DNA from: Chrysiogenales bacterium
GTDB lineage: Bacteria; Acidobacteriota; Aminicenantia; UBA2199
Reading direction: 5' to 3'
NCBI GenBank assembly: GCA_963700535.1
Contig: CAVOXU010000014.1
Coordinates: 176,733-240,732, forward strand
DNA: 64,000 nt
The notes beneath the pieces were generated by a model. It ran no database searches and was not told the DNA's origin. It saw only the letters and a list, made by a program, of their open reading frames with translations. The number at the start of each line of letters is the position of its first letter. Position 1 is the stretch's first letter. The position numbers and the translations under genes were made by a program. Shown in pieces: positions 48,988 to 59,185 of this stretch.

Positions 48988-50565
48988 ATGAAAAAAATTG
49001 CTTTCATCGTCATGTCCGTTTTTCTGCTGCTGCCGCAGGCCGTTGAGCCGCAGGATGCGCTGAAGGAAAAAGTGGAAGTGGTCAACATCGAAGTGCCGGT
49101 GCGGGTTTTTCGCGATGGCGTCCCGGTCGACGGCCTCAGCAAGGAAGATTTTCGCCTCAGCGAGGACAAGGAACTGCAAACCCTGAATGGTTTCTATGTC
49201 CGCAAAAAGAAAATGAACGTGCGCAATATCAACCTGCAGGCAGAGAGCACTGCCCCGCCTTCCCGGTATTTTGTCCTGGTGTTTCGTGTTTTCGAATACA
49301 ATGAGCAGTTGAAAAAAGGCGTACACTATTTATTTGAGCAGATTTTAAATAAAAATGACAGGTTGCTGATTTTGGTCAATGATCGCACCCTTTTGCTGAA
49401 TCAGGACGTCTGGCAGCTGAAACGCCGGGAAATATTGGACCAGATCCTGAACGAGGAGGCGCTCAAGTCCCGGCAAAAACTGGAACAATTCTTTTTGGCG
49501 GTGCAGAAAGACCTGGACCAGACCAAGCTGCGCATACTGCTGGAAAGGAACAGCGGCTTTTATGCCCCGCGCATCATCGATTTCCTTAATCGCTACCTGC
49601 GTACCTGGAATGAATTCAAAACCAAGTACCTCATACCCGACCTGGACAAATTTTATAATTTCGCCCGCCACCTGGAAAATGTCAGGGAAGAGAAATGGGT
49701 GCTGACTTTTTACCAGATCGAAATGTTTCCCAATATGAAGATCAGCGGCCAGATCCACCAGCAGATCGTGCAATTGATCAGCGACCTGCAGGTGGCGCGC
49801 AGCGAGGACGCCCTGCATGCGCGCATCATCGAGCAGCTGCTGGAGCGCATCGACCGCGAACTTAACGCGGCCGACAGCTTCCCGGTCGAGGAGATCAGCA
49901 AGATGCTGGTCAAGGTCGACACCACCTATCATTGCTTCATCATGGGCGTGCGGCGCGAGGTCTTGTCCGAGGATCTGGCCTTCAAGCAGGTGGCCAGCGA
50001 CATTGAAAATTCTTTGCGCGCGATCACCAGGCGTTCCGGCGGTGAAGTTATTTTTTCCGGCAACATCGGGTCGGCCCTGCATACGGTTGAGGAAAAAGAG
50101 GATATTTACTACGTGTTGACCTACGAACCGTCCAGACCTGAACGCAAGGGCAAGGTGAAGATCGAGCTGCCGGGAAATCCCGACTGCCGGCTATTTTACG
50201 ATGACAACATCCGTGCCGACTATATCGGCGAATATCTGCAAAAAAAGCGGGAACAGGATCCGCTGGTGACCCTGGAAGGCCTTAAATTGAAGGAACGCAC
50301 CCTGGCCATGAAAATTTCCAATTTTAAAATCGCCGGGAGCGGCAAGGAGCGCGGCGGCCGTTTGAGCATAGCCATCCGCATCCGCGACGATCAGAACCGG
50401 GAGCTCTATGACCAGGACCGTGCTTTTGCCGCCCAGGAATCCCAGATGGACCTGGATGTGAATTTCGCCTTCCTCAAGCCGGGCCGCTATATGTTCCTGG
50501 TCGAAGTTCACGACCTGCTGACCGGCAAGACCATCATGGATGTCCTGCAGGCCGATGTGGAGTGA
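48988..50565 (+). CDS. Secreted VWFA-related (Acidobacterial-type) protein, paralog A
   Basis: It has a signal peptide and an N-terminal VEVVNIEVPVRVFRDGVPVDGLSKEDFRL that is typical of the VWFA-related Acidobacterial family. YYVLTYEP occurs near the C-terminal third. Confidence 0.6.
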   Translation: MKKIAFIVMSVFLLLPQAVEPQDALKEKVEVVNIEVPVRVFRDGVPVDGLSKEDFRLSEDKELQTLNGFYVRKKKMNVRNINLQAESTAPPSRYFVLVFRVFEYNEQLKKGVHYLFEQILNKNDRLLILVNDRTLLLNQDVWQLKRREILDQILNEEALKSRQKLEQFFLAVQKDLDQTKLRILLERNSGFYAPRIIDFLNRYLRTWNEFKTKYLIPDLDKFYNFARHLENVREEKWVLTFYQIEMFPNMKISGQIHQQIVQLISDLQVARSEDALHARIIEQLLERIDRELNAADSFPVEEISKMLVKVDTTYHCFIMGVRREVLSEDLAFKQVASDIENSLRAITRRSGGEVIFSGNIGSALHTVEEKEDIYYVLTYEPSRPERKGKVKIELPGNPDCRLFYDDNIRADYIGEYLQKKREQDPLVTLEGLKLKERTLAMKISNFKIAGSGKERGGRLSIAIRIRDDQNRELYDQDRAFAAQESQMDLDVNFAFLKPGRYMFLVEVHDLLTGKTIMDVLQADVE

Positions 50566-50588
50566 AGTTTTACCCGGGGAGCAAGACG

Positions 50589-52199
50589 ATGTCGGGATTT
50601 AAATTTGTTCTTAGCGGGCTGACGGCGATTTTCCTGCTGCAATCCGCAAGTATCGCTGCAAAAAAAACCGAGCAGGTTTTGAAAGAAAAAGTCGCAGTTG
50701 TCAATGTCGAAGTCCCGGTGCGGGTTTTTTTGGATGGTGTGCCGCTTGCCGGTCTGCAAAAAGATGATTTTCGGCTTTTTGAAGACAATGAACCCCAAGT
50801 CATCAATGGTTTTTACCAGCGCCGAAAAAAGATGAATGTGCAGCAGGTCAGGCTTTTGGCTGAGCAGGCAGCACCGCTGCCACCGCGTTATTTTATCCTT
50901 TGTTTCCGCATCATTGATTTCAACGACCGGCTGCGCCAAGGCATGGACTATTTTTTCAGGCATATTTTGCGAGAGCAGGATCAATTGCTGGTCCTGGTCA
51001 ATGAGCGTACGCTGCTCCTGAATCAGGATGTCTGGCAGGTCAAGCGCCAGGAGATCCTGGAGCAGGTTTTGCGGGATGAAGCAAGCAAGGCCCGCCTGGA
51101 ACTGGAAGCGTATTTCCTGAGGGTAAGGCAGGATGTCGACCTGACCCAGCTGAGCAATTTGGTGGAAAACAGCAGGCAGAGTTTTACCGTTCCGCAAATC
51201 ATCATTTTCCTGCAGCGTTATTTGCATGTCTGGCAGGAGTTCAAAAAAAAATATCTGGTCCCCGATCTGGACAAATTCTACAATTTTGCCCGGCACCTGC
51301 AAAAAATCAAGGCTGAAAAATGGGTGTTGAATTTTTATCAGATCGAGATGTTCCCGAAAATGAAGATCAGCGGTCCCATTCGCCGAAAAATCGACGGCCT
51401 GGTCGCTGATATGACCGGTTCCGGAGGTTCGGCCGAACAGTTTGCCAAGGTGATCAGCCGCTCGCTGGACGCGATTGACCGTGAAATGAATACGGCCGGT
51501 GAATTTCCCGCCGAACAGATCGGTAAAATGCTGATCAGGGTGGACACGACCTATCATTGTTTTATCAGCGGCGTGGAGCGCGAAGGATTGTCCGAAGACT
51601 TGGAATACAAAAAAGTGGCCAGTGATTTGGAGAAATCCCTGCGTGAAATCACCGTGAGTTCGGGCGGTGAGATTATATTTTCCGGCGATATCGGCTCGGC
51701 GTTGCACGCCATTGAAGAAAAAGAGGATGTGTACTACGTACTGACTTATGAGCCGAAAAATCGGCAGCGCACGGGAAAAGTAAGGATCGAGCTCAACCAG
51801 CCGCGCTGCCGTTTGTTTTACGATGAGCAGGTCCGCTCAGATTATATCGCCGCCTACCTGAAAAAAAAGAATGCCGAAGATCCCATCCTGCAACTGGATC
51901 GGATCTCCCTGGCCGGATGGCAGCTGCAGCTGGAGATATCCTCATTCAAGATGGTTGGCACCAGGACGAAAAAAAAAGGACAATTGCGCGTGACTATCCG
52001 CATCCTTGATGATCGTGACCGGACGCTGTACGATAAGAGCCGCTCCCTGGCCGCCAGGGAGGCCAAGGTGTCGCTGGCGGTCGATTTTACTTTTTTGAAG
52101 CCCGGGAAGTATTTTTTCCTGGTTGATGTGTGTGATCTGCTTAGCGGCCGAACGGTCACGGACATGCTGCTGGCCGAAGTGAAGCAAGCGGTTGACTGA
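50589..52199 (+). CDS. Secreted VWFA-related protein, paralog B
   Basis: The internal start of ORF 50562..52199 is MSGFKFVLSGLTAIFLLQSASIAA. The protein is collinear with paralog A along its full length and, by eye, more than half of the aligned residues are identical. Confidence 0.6.
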   Translation: MSGFKFVLSGLTAIFLLQSASIAAKKTEQVLKEKVAVVNVEVPVRVFLDGVPLAGLQKDDFRLFEDNEPQVINGFYQRRKKMNVQQVRLLAEQAAPLPPRYFILCFRIIDFNDRLRQGMDYFFRHILREQDQLLVLVNERTLLLNQDVWQVKRQEILEQVLRDEASKARLELEAYFLRVRQDVDLTQLSNLVENSRQSFTVPQIIIFLQRYLHVWQEFKKKYLVPDLDKFYNFARHLQKIKAEKWVLNFYQIEMFPKMKISGPIRRKIDGLVADMTGSGGSAEQFAKVISRSLDAIDREMNTAGEFPAEQIGKMLIRVDTTYHCFISGVEREGLSEDLEYKKVASDLEKSLREITVSSGGEIIFSGDIGSALHAIEEKEDVYYVLTYEPKNRQRTGKVRIELNQPRCRLFYDEQVRSDYIAAYLKKKNAEDPILQLDRISLAGWQLQLEISSFKMVGTRTKKKGQLRVTIRILDDRDRTLYDKSRSLAAREAKVSLAVDFTFLKPGKYFFLVDVCDLLSGRTVTDMLLAEVKQAVD

Positions 52200-52335
52200 T
52201 CTCCTCCAGAACAGGGATTGGATCTGAGCGCCCGTTTTCGCGGTGAATCCGGCCGCTGGTTCTTCGCATCCGGAAATGAACTGAACTTATACGAGATTCG
52301 GGAATATGCTATAATCCAGAATCAAGGAGAAGCAC

Positions 52336-53634
52336 GTGATAGACAGGTATGAAGCGGCGGAAATCTCCCGCATCTGGAGCGAAAAAAACAAGTACCGGAA
52401 ATGGCTTGATGTTGAACTGGCCATCACCGAAACCTGGGCGGAAATGGGTGAAGTCCCGGCGGCAAGCCTGGAAAACATCAGGAAAAATGCGGCGGTCGAC
52501 CCGCTGCGTATCCGCGACATCGAAAAAAAGGTCAAGCACGATGTTATCGCCTTCCTGACTTCACTGGAAGAAGCCATTGGCCCGGATTCGGCTTACGTGC
52601 ACAAAGGCATTACTTCCTATGACGTGGTGGACACGGCCCTGTCGCTGCTGATCCAGGAGTCATTGGACATAGCTGTGGCCAAGAGCGGGGAACTGGCAAA
52701 AATTCTTCTGGAAAAGGCGTTTGCCTATAAAGACCTGCCGGCCATCGGCCGCACCCACGGCATCCACGCTGAACCCATCACTTTCGGCTGCAAATTTTTG
52801 ATCTGGCATGAGGAGATGGAGCGCGACCGCCAGCGGCTGCTCCGGGCCAAAGAGATTACGGCGGTGGGAAAAATATCCGGTTCGGTGGGGACCTACATCC
52901 ATTTCCCCGCCAGCGGCGAGGAAAAGGCCCTGCAAAAGCTGGGCTTACGCGCTTGCCGCGTTTCTTCGCAGATCATCCAGCGCGACCGCCACGCCGAAGT
53001 CATCTGGGCCCTGGCCCTGCTGGGAACCAGCCTGGAGAAGATAGCTGTGGAGATCCGTCACTTGCAGAAAACCGAAACACTTGAAGTTGAAGAGCCTTTC
53101 AGCCGCGGCCAGAAAGGGTCATCCTCAATGCCCCACAAGCGCAACCCTGTCCGCTGCGAGCGCATCTCCGGACTGGCGCGGATATTGCGCGGCCACGCTG
53201 CCGTGGCCCTGGAAAACAATATACTCTGGCATGAGCGCGACATATCCCATTCTTCGGCGGAACGGGTTATCTTCCCCGATGCCTTTCACCTGGCTGTTTT
53301 CATGCTCGCTGACATGATCGACATCTTGAAAAACCTGGCCGTGTATCCGGAAAACATCCGCCGCAACCTGGATCTGACCCACGAGATTTATTTTTCGCAA
53401 AAGGTCTTGACCCTGCTGGTCGACAAGGGTGTGGCCCGCCAGCGGGCCTATGAGCTGGTCCAGGACCAGGCCATGAAGTCCTGGCAGGAAAAACGCAGTT
53501 TCCGCGAGCTGGTCATGGCTGATGCCGGAATTCGTGCCGTCTGTTCACCGCAGGAACTCGAGAAGGTTTTTTCCCTTGATGGTTTGCTTGCCGGGGTCGC
53601 TGGAATATTTGAGCGCTTTGCCAGGGAAAAATAA
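52336..53634 (+). CDS. purB: Adenylosuccinate lyase
   Basis: A GTG start follows AAGGAG. The N-terminus is MIDRYEAAEISRIWS and the signature motif is GSSSMPHKRNPV. A TGcTATAAT extended -10 lies at 52303-52311. Confidence 0.95.
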   Translation: MIDRYEAAEISRIWSEKNKYRKWLDVELAITETWAEMGEVPAASLENIRKNAAVDPLRIRDIEKKVKHDVIAFLTSLEEAIGPDSAYVHKGITSYDVVDTALSLLIQESLDIAVAKSGELAKILLEKAFAYKDLPAIGRTHGIHAEPITFGCKFLIWHEEMERDRQRLLRAKEITAVGKISGSVGTYIHFPASGEEKALQKLGLRACRVSSQIIQRDRHAEVIWALALLGTSLEKIAVEIRHLQKTETLEVEEPFSRGQKGSSSMPHKRNPVRCERISGLARILRGHAAVALENNILWHERDISHSSAERVIFPDAFHLAVFMLADMIDILKNLAVYPENIRRNLDLTHEIYFSQKVLTLLVDKGVARQRAYELVQDQAMKSWQEKRSFRELVMADAGIRAVCSPQELEKVFSLDGLLAGVAGIFERFAREK

Positions 53635-53642
53635 AGCTGGCC

Positions 53643-54509
53643 ATGGCCCTGGCAACGATCGATTCGGTTCTGGAGCAGATCGACGAGCTGGTAAGGAATG
53701 CCGCCGACCATGACGATCTGCAGTTCCGCCTGCGCCTCGAGGAACTGGTCAAATTAGGAGGCCGGGACACCGAAAATGCCATTGCCCATTACCTGACCGG
53801 GAATTACGTCAGTGTGTCCACCCGCCTGAACCTGGTGCGCATAGCAGGCTACATCCGCAGCACGGCCTTCCTGGTGCCGTTGAATAAGGTCATTGAATTT
53901 GGCAAAGATGAACGACTGCGGGAAGCGGCCATCATCAGCATCTCCAAATACAACGACCGCCGCGCCCTGGATATCCTGGACCGGGCCCTGGAAAAAAACA
54001 AGAACAGGCAATTGCAGGAGACGATCGCCGCTGCGATCAACCGCATCAAGCATAACAACCCGCTGCTGCTCATGCTGCCCCGCTTTCTGCAGGGCGGCAG
54101 GAACAGCGAAGATTTTTTCATTACCGTGAAGGTTTTCAAGAAGATACTAAGCCCGGCCGACGCCAAGGGTTTCATCTCTTATTTGCAGAACGAAGATCCC
54201 CTGGTGGCCGCGGGGTCTTTTGAAATACTGTGCTGCCGGGGCAATGAAACGGTGTTTTTTTTCATCAGCGAATTCTTCAGGGAACGCAGCCGCAGCTTGA
54301 TCCGGGCATTGAACCGGCCGCAGAGCGCCGAGACTTTGGCGAAACTGATCGCCGCCCTGCATGAGTACCTGAACCGGCACCCGGATTTTTTTCCGCAGCT
54401 GCGGCCCGACATCACCGCTCTGCTGGGCCGGGCCGGCGGCAGTCTTTGGGGAAAGCTGCTGAAGACCCTGCTGGCTGACATGGGGAACGGAAGCGGGGCG
54501 CCGGGATGA
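53643..54509 (+). CDS. HEAT-repeat-like helical protein of unknown function
   Basis: The ORF is continuous and all-helical with repeat character (for example DERLREAAIISISKYNDRRALDILDRALE). It lies between purB and purL. Confidence 0.5.
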   Translation: MALATIDSVLEQIDELVRNAADHDDLQFRLRLEELVKLGGRDTENAIAHYLTGNYVSVSTRLNLVRIAGYIRSTAFLVPLNKVIEFGKDERLREAAIISISKYNDRRALDILDRALEKNKNRQLQETIAAAINRIKHNNPLLLMLPRFLQGGRNSEDFFITVKVFKKILSPADAKGFISYLQNEDPLVAAGSFEILCCRGNETVFFFISEFFRERSRSLIRALNRPQSAETLAKLIAALHEYLNRHPDFFPQLRPDITALLGRAGGSLWGKLLKTLLADMGNGSGAPG

Positions 54510-54540
54510 TCCCGGGCGCTGAAGGGCAAGGAGTTTGCGC

Positions 54541-57500
54541 ATGGCTGTGATCAGAAGAGTTTATGTGGAAAAAAAAGCGGGATACGATGTCGAGGCCCGG
54601 GCCCTGCTGCTGGATCTTCGGGATAGCCTTGCCGTGAAGGGCCTTAGCGGTTTGCGCCTGCTCAACCGCTACGATGTTTCAGGTGTCGGCGCCCGGGAAA
54701 TGGTCCGGGCCCGGCATGCCATTTTTTCCGAACCTCCGGTTGATGAGTCATACAATGAAGATTTTCCGCTGGCTGCCGGGGAAAAGGCGTTCGCCATTGA
54801 ATACCTGCCCGGACAGTATGACCAGCGGGCCGATTCCGCCGCCCAGTGCCTGCAGCTGCTCACTCCGGGCAGCCGGCCTCAGGTGGCCTCGGCCAGAGTA
54901 ATTGTCCTTAAAGGAAAGCTGCTTCCCGGGCAACTGAAAAAAATCAAGCAATACTGCATCAATCCGGTCGACTCGCGCCAGGCGGCAATGGGCAAACCGC
55001 GCTCGTTGGCGCTGCCCACGGCCCGGCCGGGAGGCATTCCGCTTCTGAAAGGATTCATTTCCTTTTCGGGAACTGAATTGCAGCGCCTGGGCAGCGAATT
55101 GGGATTGGCCATGGACGCGGCCGACCTGGATCATTGCCAGGCCTATTTCCGCGACCGGGAAAAACGCGATCCGACCCTGACCGAGATCCGCCTGCTCGAC
55201 ACCTATTGGTCGGATCATTGCCGGCACACCACTTTTTTGACGGCCATCGCCCGGGTGGATATCGCCGCCGGCGCCGGCAACGAGCCTCTGCGCCGGGCCT
55301 ACAGGCGTTACCTGGAAACCCGGGGTCGAGTTGCGGCGGTGCGGAAGCAGAAGATCTCTTTGATGGACCTGGCCCTGCTGGCCATGAAGGAACTGCGTGA
55401 AAAAGGGCGCCTGGACGATGTGGAGTTTTCCGAGGAGATCAACGCCTGCAGCATGGCGGCAACGGTCGACGTAGACGGCAAAAATCAAGAGTGGCTGGTC
55501 ATGTTCAAAAATGAAACCCACAACCATCCCACCGAGATCGAACCGTTCGGCGGCGCGGCCACCTGCCTGGGCGGCGCCATCCGCGACCCGCTTTCCGGGC
55601 GCTCGTTCGTTTACCAGGCCCTGCGCGTGACCGGCAGCGGTGATCCCCGCCAGGCCGTGGGCCTCACCCTGCCCGGTAAACTTCCGCAGCGCAAGATCAC
55701 GACCGATGCGGCCCAAGGGCTTCAGTTCCTACGGCAACCAGGTCGGGCTGGCCACCGGCCAGGTTGCCGAGATCTATCATCCCGGCTACGTGGCCAAGCG
55801 CCTGGAGATCGGCGCCGTGATCGGGGCCGTTCCCGCCAATAATGTCCGGCGCCGGGCGCCCAAAGCCGGGGACGTGGTGCTGCTGGTGGGCGGCCGCACC
55901 GGTCGCGACGGCATCGGCGGTGCAACCGGTTCCTCAAAGGCCCACAGCGAATCCTCCCTGCTGACCTGCGGGGCGGAGGTCCAGAAAGGCAATCCGCCCT
56001 GCGAAAGAAAACTGCAGCGGCTGTTCCGCGACCCGCGCGCCAGCCGCCTGATCAAGCGCTGCAACGATTTCGGCGCCGGAGGCGTGGCCGTAGCGGTCGG
56101 GGAGCTGGCCCCGGGACTGGAGATCGACCTGGACCAGGTGCCCAAAAAATACGCCGGGCTCAACGGCAGCGAGCTCGCCCTGTCCGAATCGCAGGAACGC
56201 ATGGCCGTGGTGGTGGCAGCCGCGCAGGCACGACGCTTTCAGATGCTGGCCGCGGCCGAGAACCTCGAAGCAACAGTGATCGCCCGCGTCTGCCGTCGCC
56301 GCCGCCTGCAAATGAAATGGCGCGGCCGCACCATTGTTGATCTCGCCCGTGATTTTCTCGACAGCAGCGGCGCCGGGCGCCAGGCCGCTGTCGAAATAGC
56401 CTGCCCTGCCCCGGCCGACAATTTTTTTAAAACTCAGGCCGCGGCCGGAAAACTCCCTGACCTGCAGGCAAACTGGATGGCCATGCTGTCCTCTTTGAAT
56501 GTCTGCTCGCAAAAAGGCCTGGTGGAGCGCTTCGACAGTTCCATCGGCGCGGCCACGGTTTTTTCACCTTTTGGCGGCAAATACCAGGCCACGCCGGCCG
56601 ACATCATGATTGCCAAGATGCCCCTGCTTCGCGGTGAGACGCGCCGGGGCACGATCATGGGCTTTGGCTTCCAGCCTGACCTCTCCGCCTGGAGCCCTTT
56701 TCATGGCGGCCTGTATGCCGTCATCGAAGCCGTGGCCCGGGTGGCGGCCGGCGGCGGCGATTGCCGGCGCATCCGCCTGAGCCTGCAGGAATATTTTCCC
56801 AAACCCGGCCGCGATCCGCGCCGCTGGGGGGCGCCTTTTGCCGCCCTGCTGGGGGCCTTCACCGCCCAGCAGCAGCTGGAAATACCCGCCATCGGCGGCA
56901 AGGACAGCATGTCGGGTTCTTTCAAGGAGATGGACGTGCCGCCGACCCTGGTCGCTTTCGCCGTGGCCACCGTGGACGTGCGCCGGGTCGTTTCCCCGGA
57001 ATTCAAGCAAGCCGGCAGCCGGGTGGTATTGCTGCCCCTGCCGCGTGACGAACAGGAAATGCCTGATTTTGCCGTTTTGAAAAAGAACTGCATCAGGGTG
57101 CATGACCTGATCGCGCAAGGGGAAGATCCTGGCCGCCCAAGCGCTGCACGGCGGCGGCCTGGCCGAGGCGATAAGCAAGATGAGTTTCGGCAACCGCGTG
57201 GGTTTTGCCTTCCACGAGCCGCAGACTCATGACGATCTTTTCACTCCGGCCATCGGCGCCCTGGTTCTGGAGGTGGCGGACACTGAAGATACTGATAAAG
57301 CTTTTTTCAGGGCTGGCCTGCCGTATACTGGGAAAAACACTGGCAAATGCGGTGATCAGGGTCAATGACCTGGAACTTGCCATTCCTTTTCTGCAGGAAC
57401 TTTGGGAAAAGCCGCTGGAGAATATTTTTCCCACCAGGGTGGAAAAAAAACCGATCGAGGCGAATTCCGGCTACGAACGGCCGCTGTCACTTGAGCGGGC

Positions 57501-58347
57501 CGGCCGGCGGACGCGGGCTGCCATTGCCCGGCCGCGGGTGCTGCTCACGGTCTTTCCCGGCACCAACAACGAATATGACGCGGCCCGGGCTTTCGGCAAA
57601 GCCGGAGCAAAACCGGAAACTTTTGTTTTCCGCAACCTGGACGCCGCCGCTATCGAAGCGTCCAGCGCCGAACTGGCCGCCAGGATCAAGCGCTCGCAGA
57701 TATTGATGATTCCCGGCGGCTTCAGCGCCGGCGACGAACCAGACGGTTCGGGGAAATTCATCGCCGCCGTGTTCCGCCATCCGCGCCTGCGCGACGCCGT
57801 CCATGACCTGCTTTATAAAAAAGACGGCCTGGTCCTGGGCATCTGCAACGGTTTCCAGGCCCTGCTCAAACTGGGCCTGCTGCCCCACGGCGAGATCCGC
57901 GACCTGACCCCCGATTCAGCGACCCTGACCTTCAACCTTATCAATCGCCTGGTATCGCGCCCCATCCGCACCAAGGTGATCTCGACCCTGTCGCCCTGGT
58001 TCAACCAGTGCCAGGCCGGAGACATCCATACCATACCCGTGGCCCACGGCGAGGGGCGCTTCGTGGCGCCGCAGGCGACCATCGAGCTCCTGTTCTCGCT
58101 GGGGCAGGTGGCCACGCAGTACGTCGACTTCGAAGGCCGCCCGAGCATGGATTCCTTCTTCAATCCCAACGGCTCCATGCTGGCCATCGAGGCTATTTCC
58201 AGCCCCGACGGCCGCATCCTGGGCAAGATGGCCCACAGCGAGCGCACCGGCAAATACGTCCTGCAGAACATCCCCGGCAACATGGACCAGAAGCTGTTTG
58301 CGTCGGGTGTGGAGTATTTTCAGATAAATATTTCAGGGGAGAAGCCA
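54541..58347 (+). CDS. purL: Phosphoribosylformylglycinamidine synthase (single-chain PurL with a glutaminase domain); at least 3 apparent frameshifts (near 55713, 57120 and 57305) and no in-frame stop before the next gene
   Basis: The pieces are ORFs 54535..55842, 55640..57232, 57180..57368 and 57205..58707. Motifs are GNQVGLATG, GRTGRDGIGGATGSS, GGFSAGDEPDGSGKF, GICNGFQAL and HGEGRF. The C-terminal GVEYFQ runs in frame into the DsrE-like ORF. Confidence 0.9.
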
Positions 58348-58707
58348 ATGCAGAAAATATTGATCATCATCAATGACGCGCCCTATGGAACCGAGAAGGC
58401 GTACAATGCCCTGCGCATGGCCATGACGCTTCAGAAAGAACACGCGGGAGAAGTGGCGATAAAGATATTCCTCCTTGCCGACGCGGTTTTCTGCGCCTTG
58501 CCGGGCCAAAACACGCCCAACGGCTACTACAACATCGAGCGCATGCTTGAGTCGGTCATCCAGAATGGCGGCGAGGTGAAAAGCTGCGGCGGCTGCTCGC
58601 AGGCGCGCGGCCTTGGGGCCGTTTCCCTGCTGGCCGGGGTTCAGGCCAGCAATATGAAGGAATTCGCCCAATGGACGGTCGATTGCGACAAGGTGCTGAA
58701 TTTTTGA
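58348..58707 (+). CDS. DsrE/DsrF-like (YchN fold) sulfur-relay family protein
   Basis: The ATG follows GGGGAG. Motifs are MQKILIIINDAPYGTEKAYNALRMA, IFLLADAVFCA, GYYNIERML and CGGCSQARG. Confidence 0.75.
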   Translation: MQKILIIINDAPYGTEKAYNALRMAMTLQKEHAGEVAIKIFLLADAVFCALPGQNTPNGYYNIERMLESVIQNGGEVKSCGGCSQARGLGAVSLLAGVQASNMKEFAQWTVDCDKVLNF

Positions 58708-58712
58708 TTTAA

Positions 58713-58740
58713 GGGCAAACACGGGGGTTTGCCCCTACGG
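58713..58740. repeat. REP-like hairpin
   Basis: The sequence is gggcaaacacgggggtttgcccctacgg. Confidence 0.6.
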
Positions 58741-58783
58741 CCGGGAATGGTTTTTACGCGGGGGGATTGGGGGGATGGAAAAA

Positions 58784-58809
58784 GGGTTTGATGAATCAAA
58801 CCCCTACAT
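58784..58809. repeat. REP-like hairpin
   Basis: The sequence is gggtttgatgaatcaaacccctacat. Confidence 0.6.
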
Positions 58810-58910
58810 TTCGGATGGATATAGCTGTGATTTTTCCTTGTTTGGGTCATTGGAATGGAATTTGTTATTTGTTTGGAATTTGGTACTTGTGATTTGGAAT
58901 TTTCTTAGGA

Positions 58911-58939
58911 GCGGGAGGGTCTGAAACCCTCCCCTACGT
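58911..58939. repeat. REP-like hairpin
   Basis: The sequence is gcgggagggtctgaaaccctcccctacgt. Confidence 0.6.
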
Positions 58940-58954
58940 TAAACCAATATTTTC

Positions 58955-58983
58955 TTGAAATCTTGTTTGTATATGTTTATAAT
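58955..58983 (+). promoter_or_regulatory. Near-consensus sigma-70 promoter
   Basis: The layout is TTGAAA, a 17-nt spacer, then TATAAT, about 200 nt upstream of the next ATG at 59186. Confidence 0.6.
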
Positions 58984-59185
58984 CGGATTGATTTTAATGA
59001 CGGAGAGAAGCTGAATGGGCAATGATTCGCAATATTCTTTGCACCAGCCCCGACGGCCTTTATGCCCGATGTATTGAGCGCCTGGCCGGGATTGAAGCAG
59101 CGGTTTTTTCATATCGGCTGGACGCTCTGGTTCATGGGCTTGAGCCGGGTTTTTCTCCGCCTGCCAGAAATTCGAGGTAACTGAA

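Noticed and set aside
49345-51707. Minus-strand ORFs of 245 and 399 aa opposite the VWFA-related paralogs
   Set aside because: They are shadow ORFs. The plus-strand frames are mutually alignable paralogs with signal peptides, while the antisense products have no such support.
54748-55716. A 322-aa minus-strand ORF
   Set aside because: It is antisense to purL.
58700-58945. A possible CRISPR array, suggested by clustered short GC-rich palindromic repeats
   Set aside because: The repeats are not identical in sequence or length and their spacing is irregular (44 and 101 nt). Copies of the same family are scattered singly across the window, and no cas genes are present. They fit REP-like elements better.
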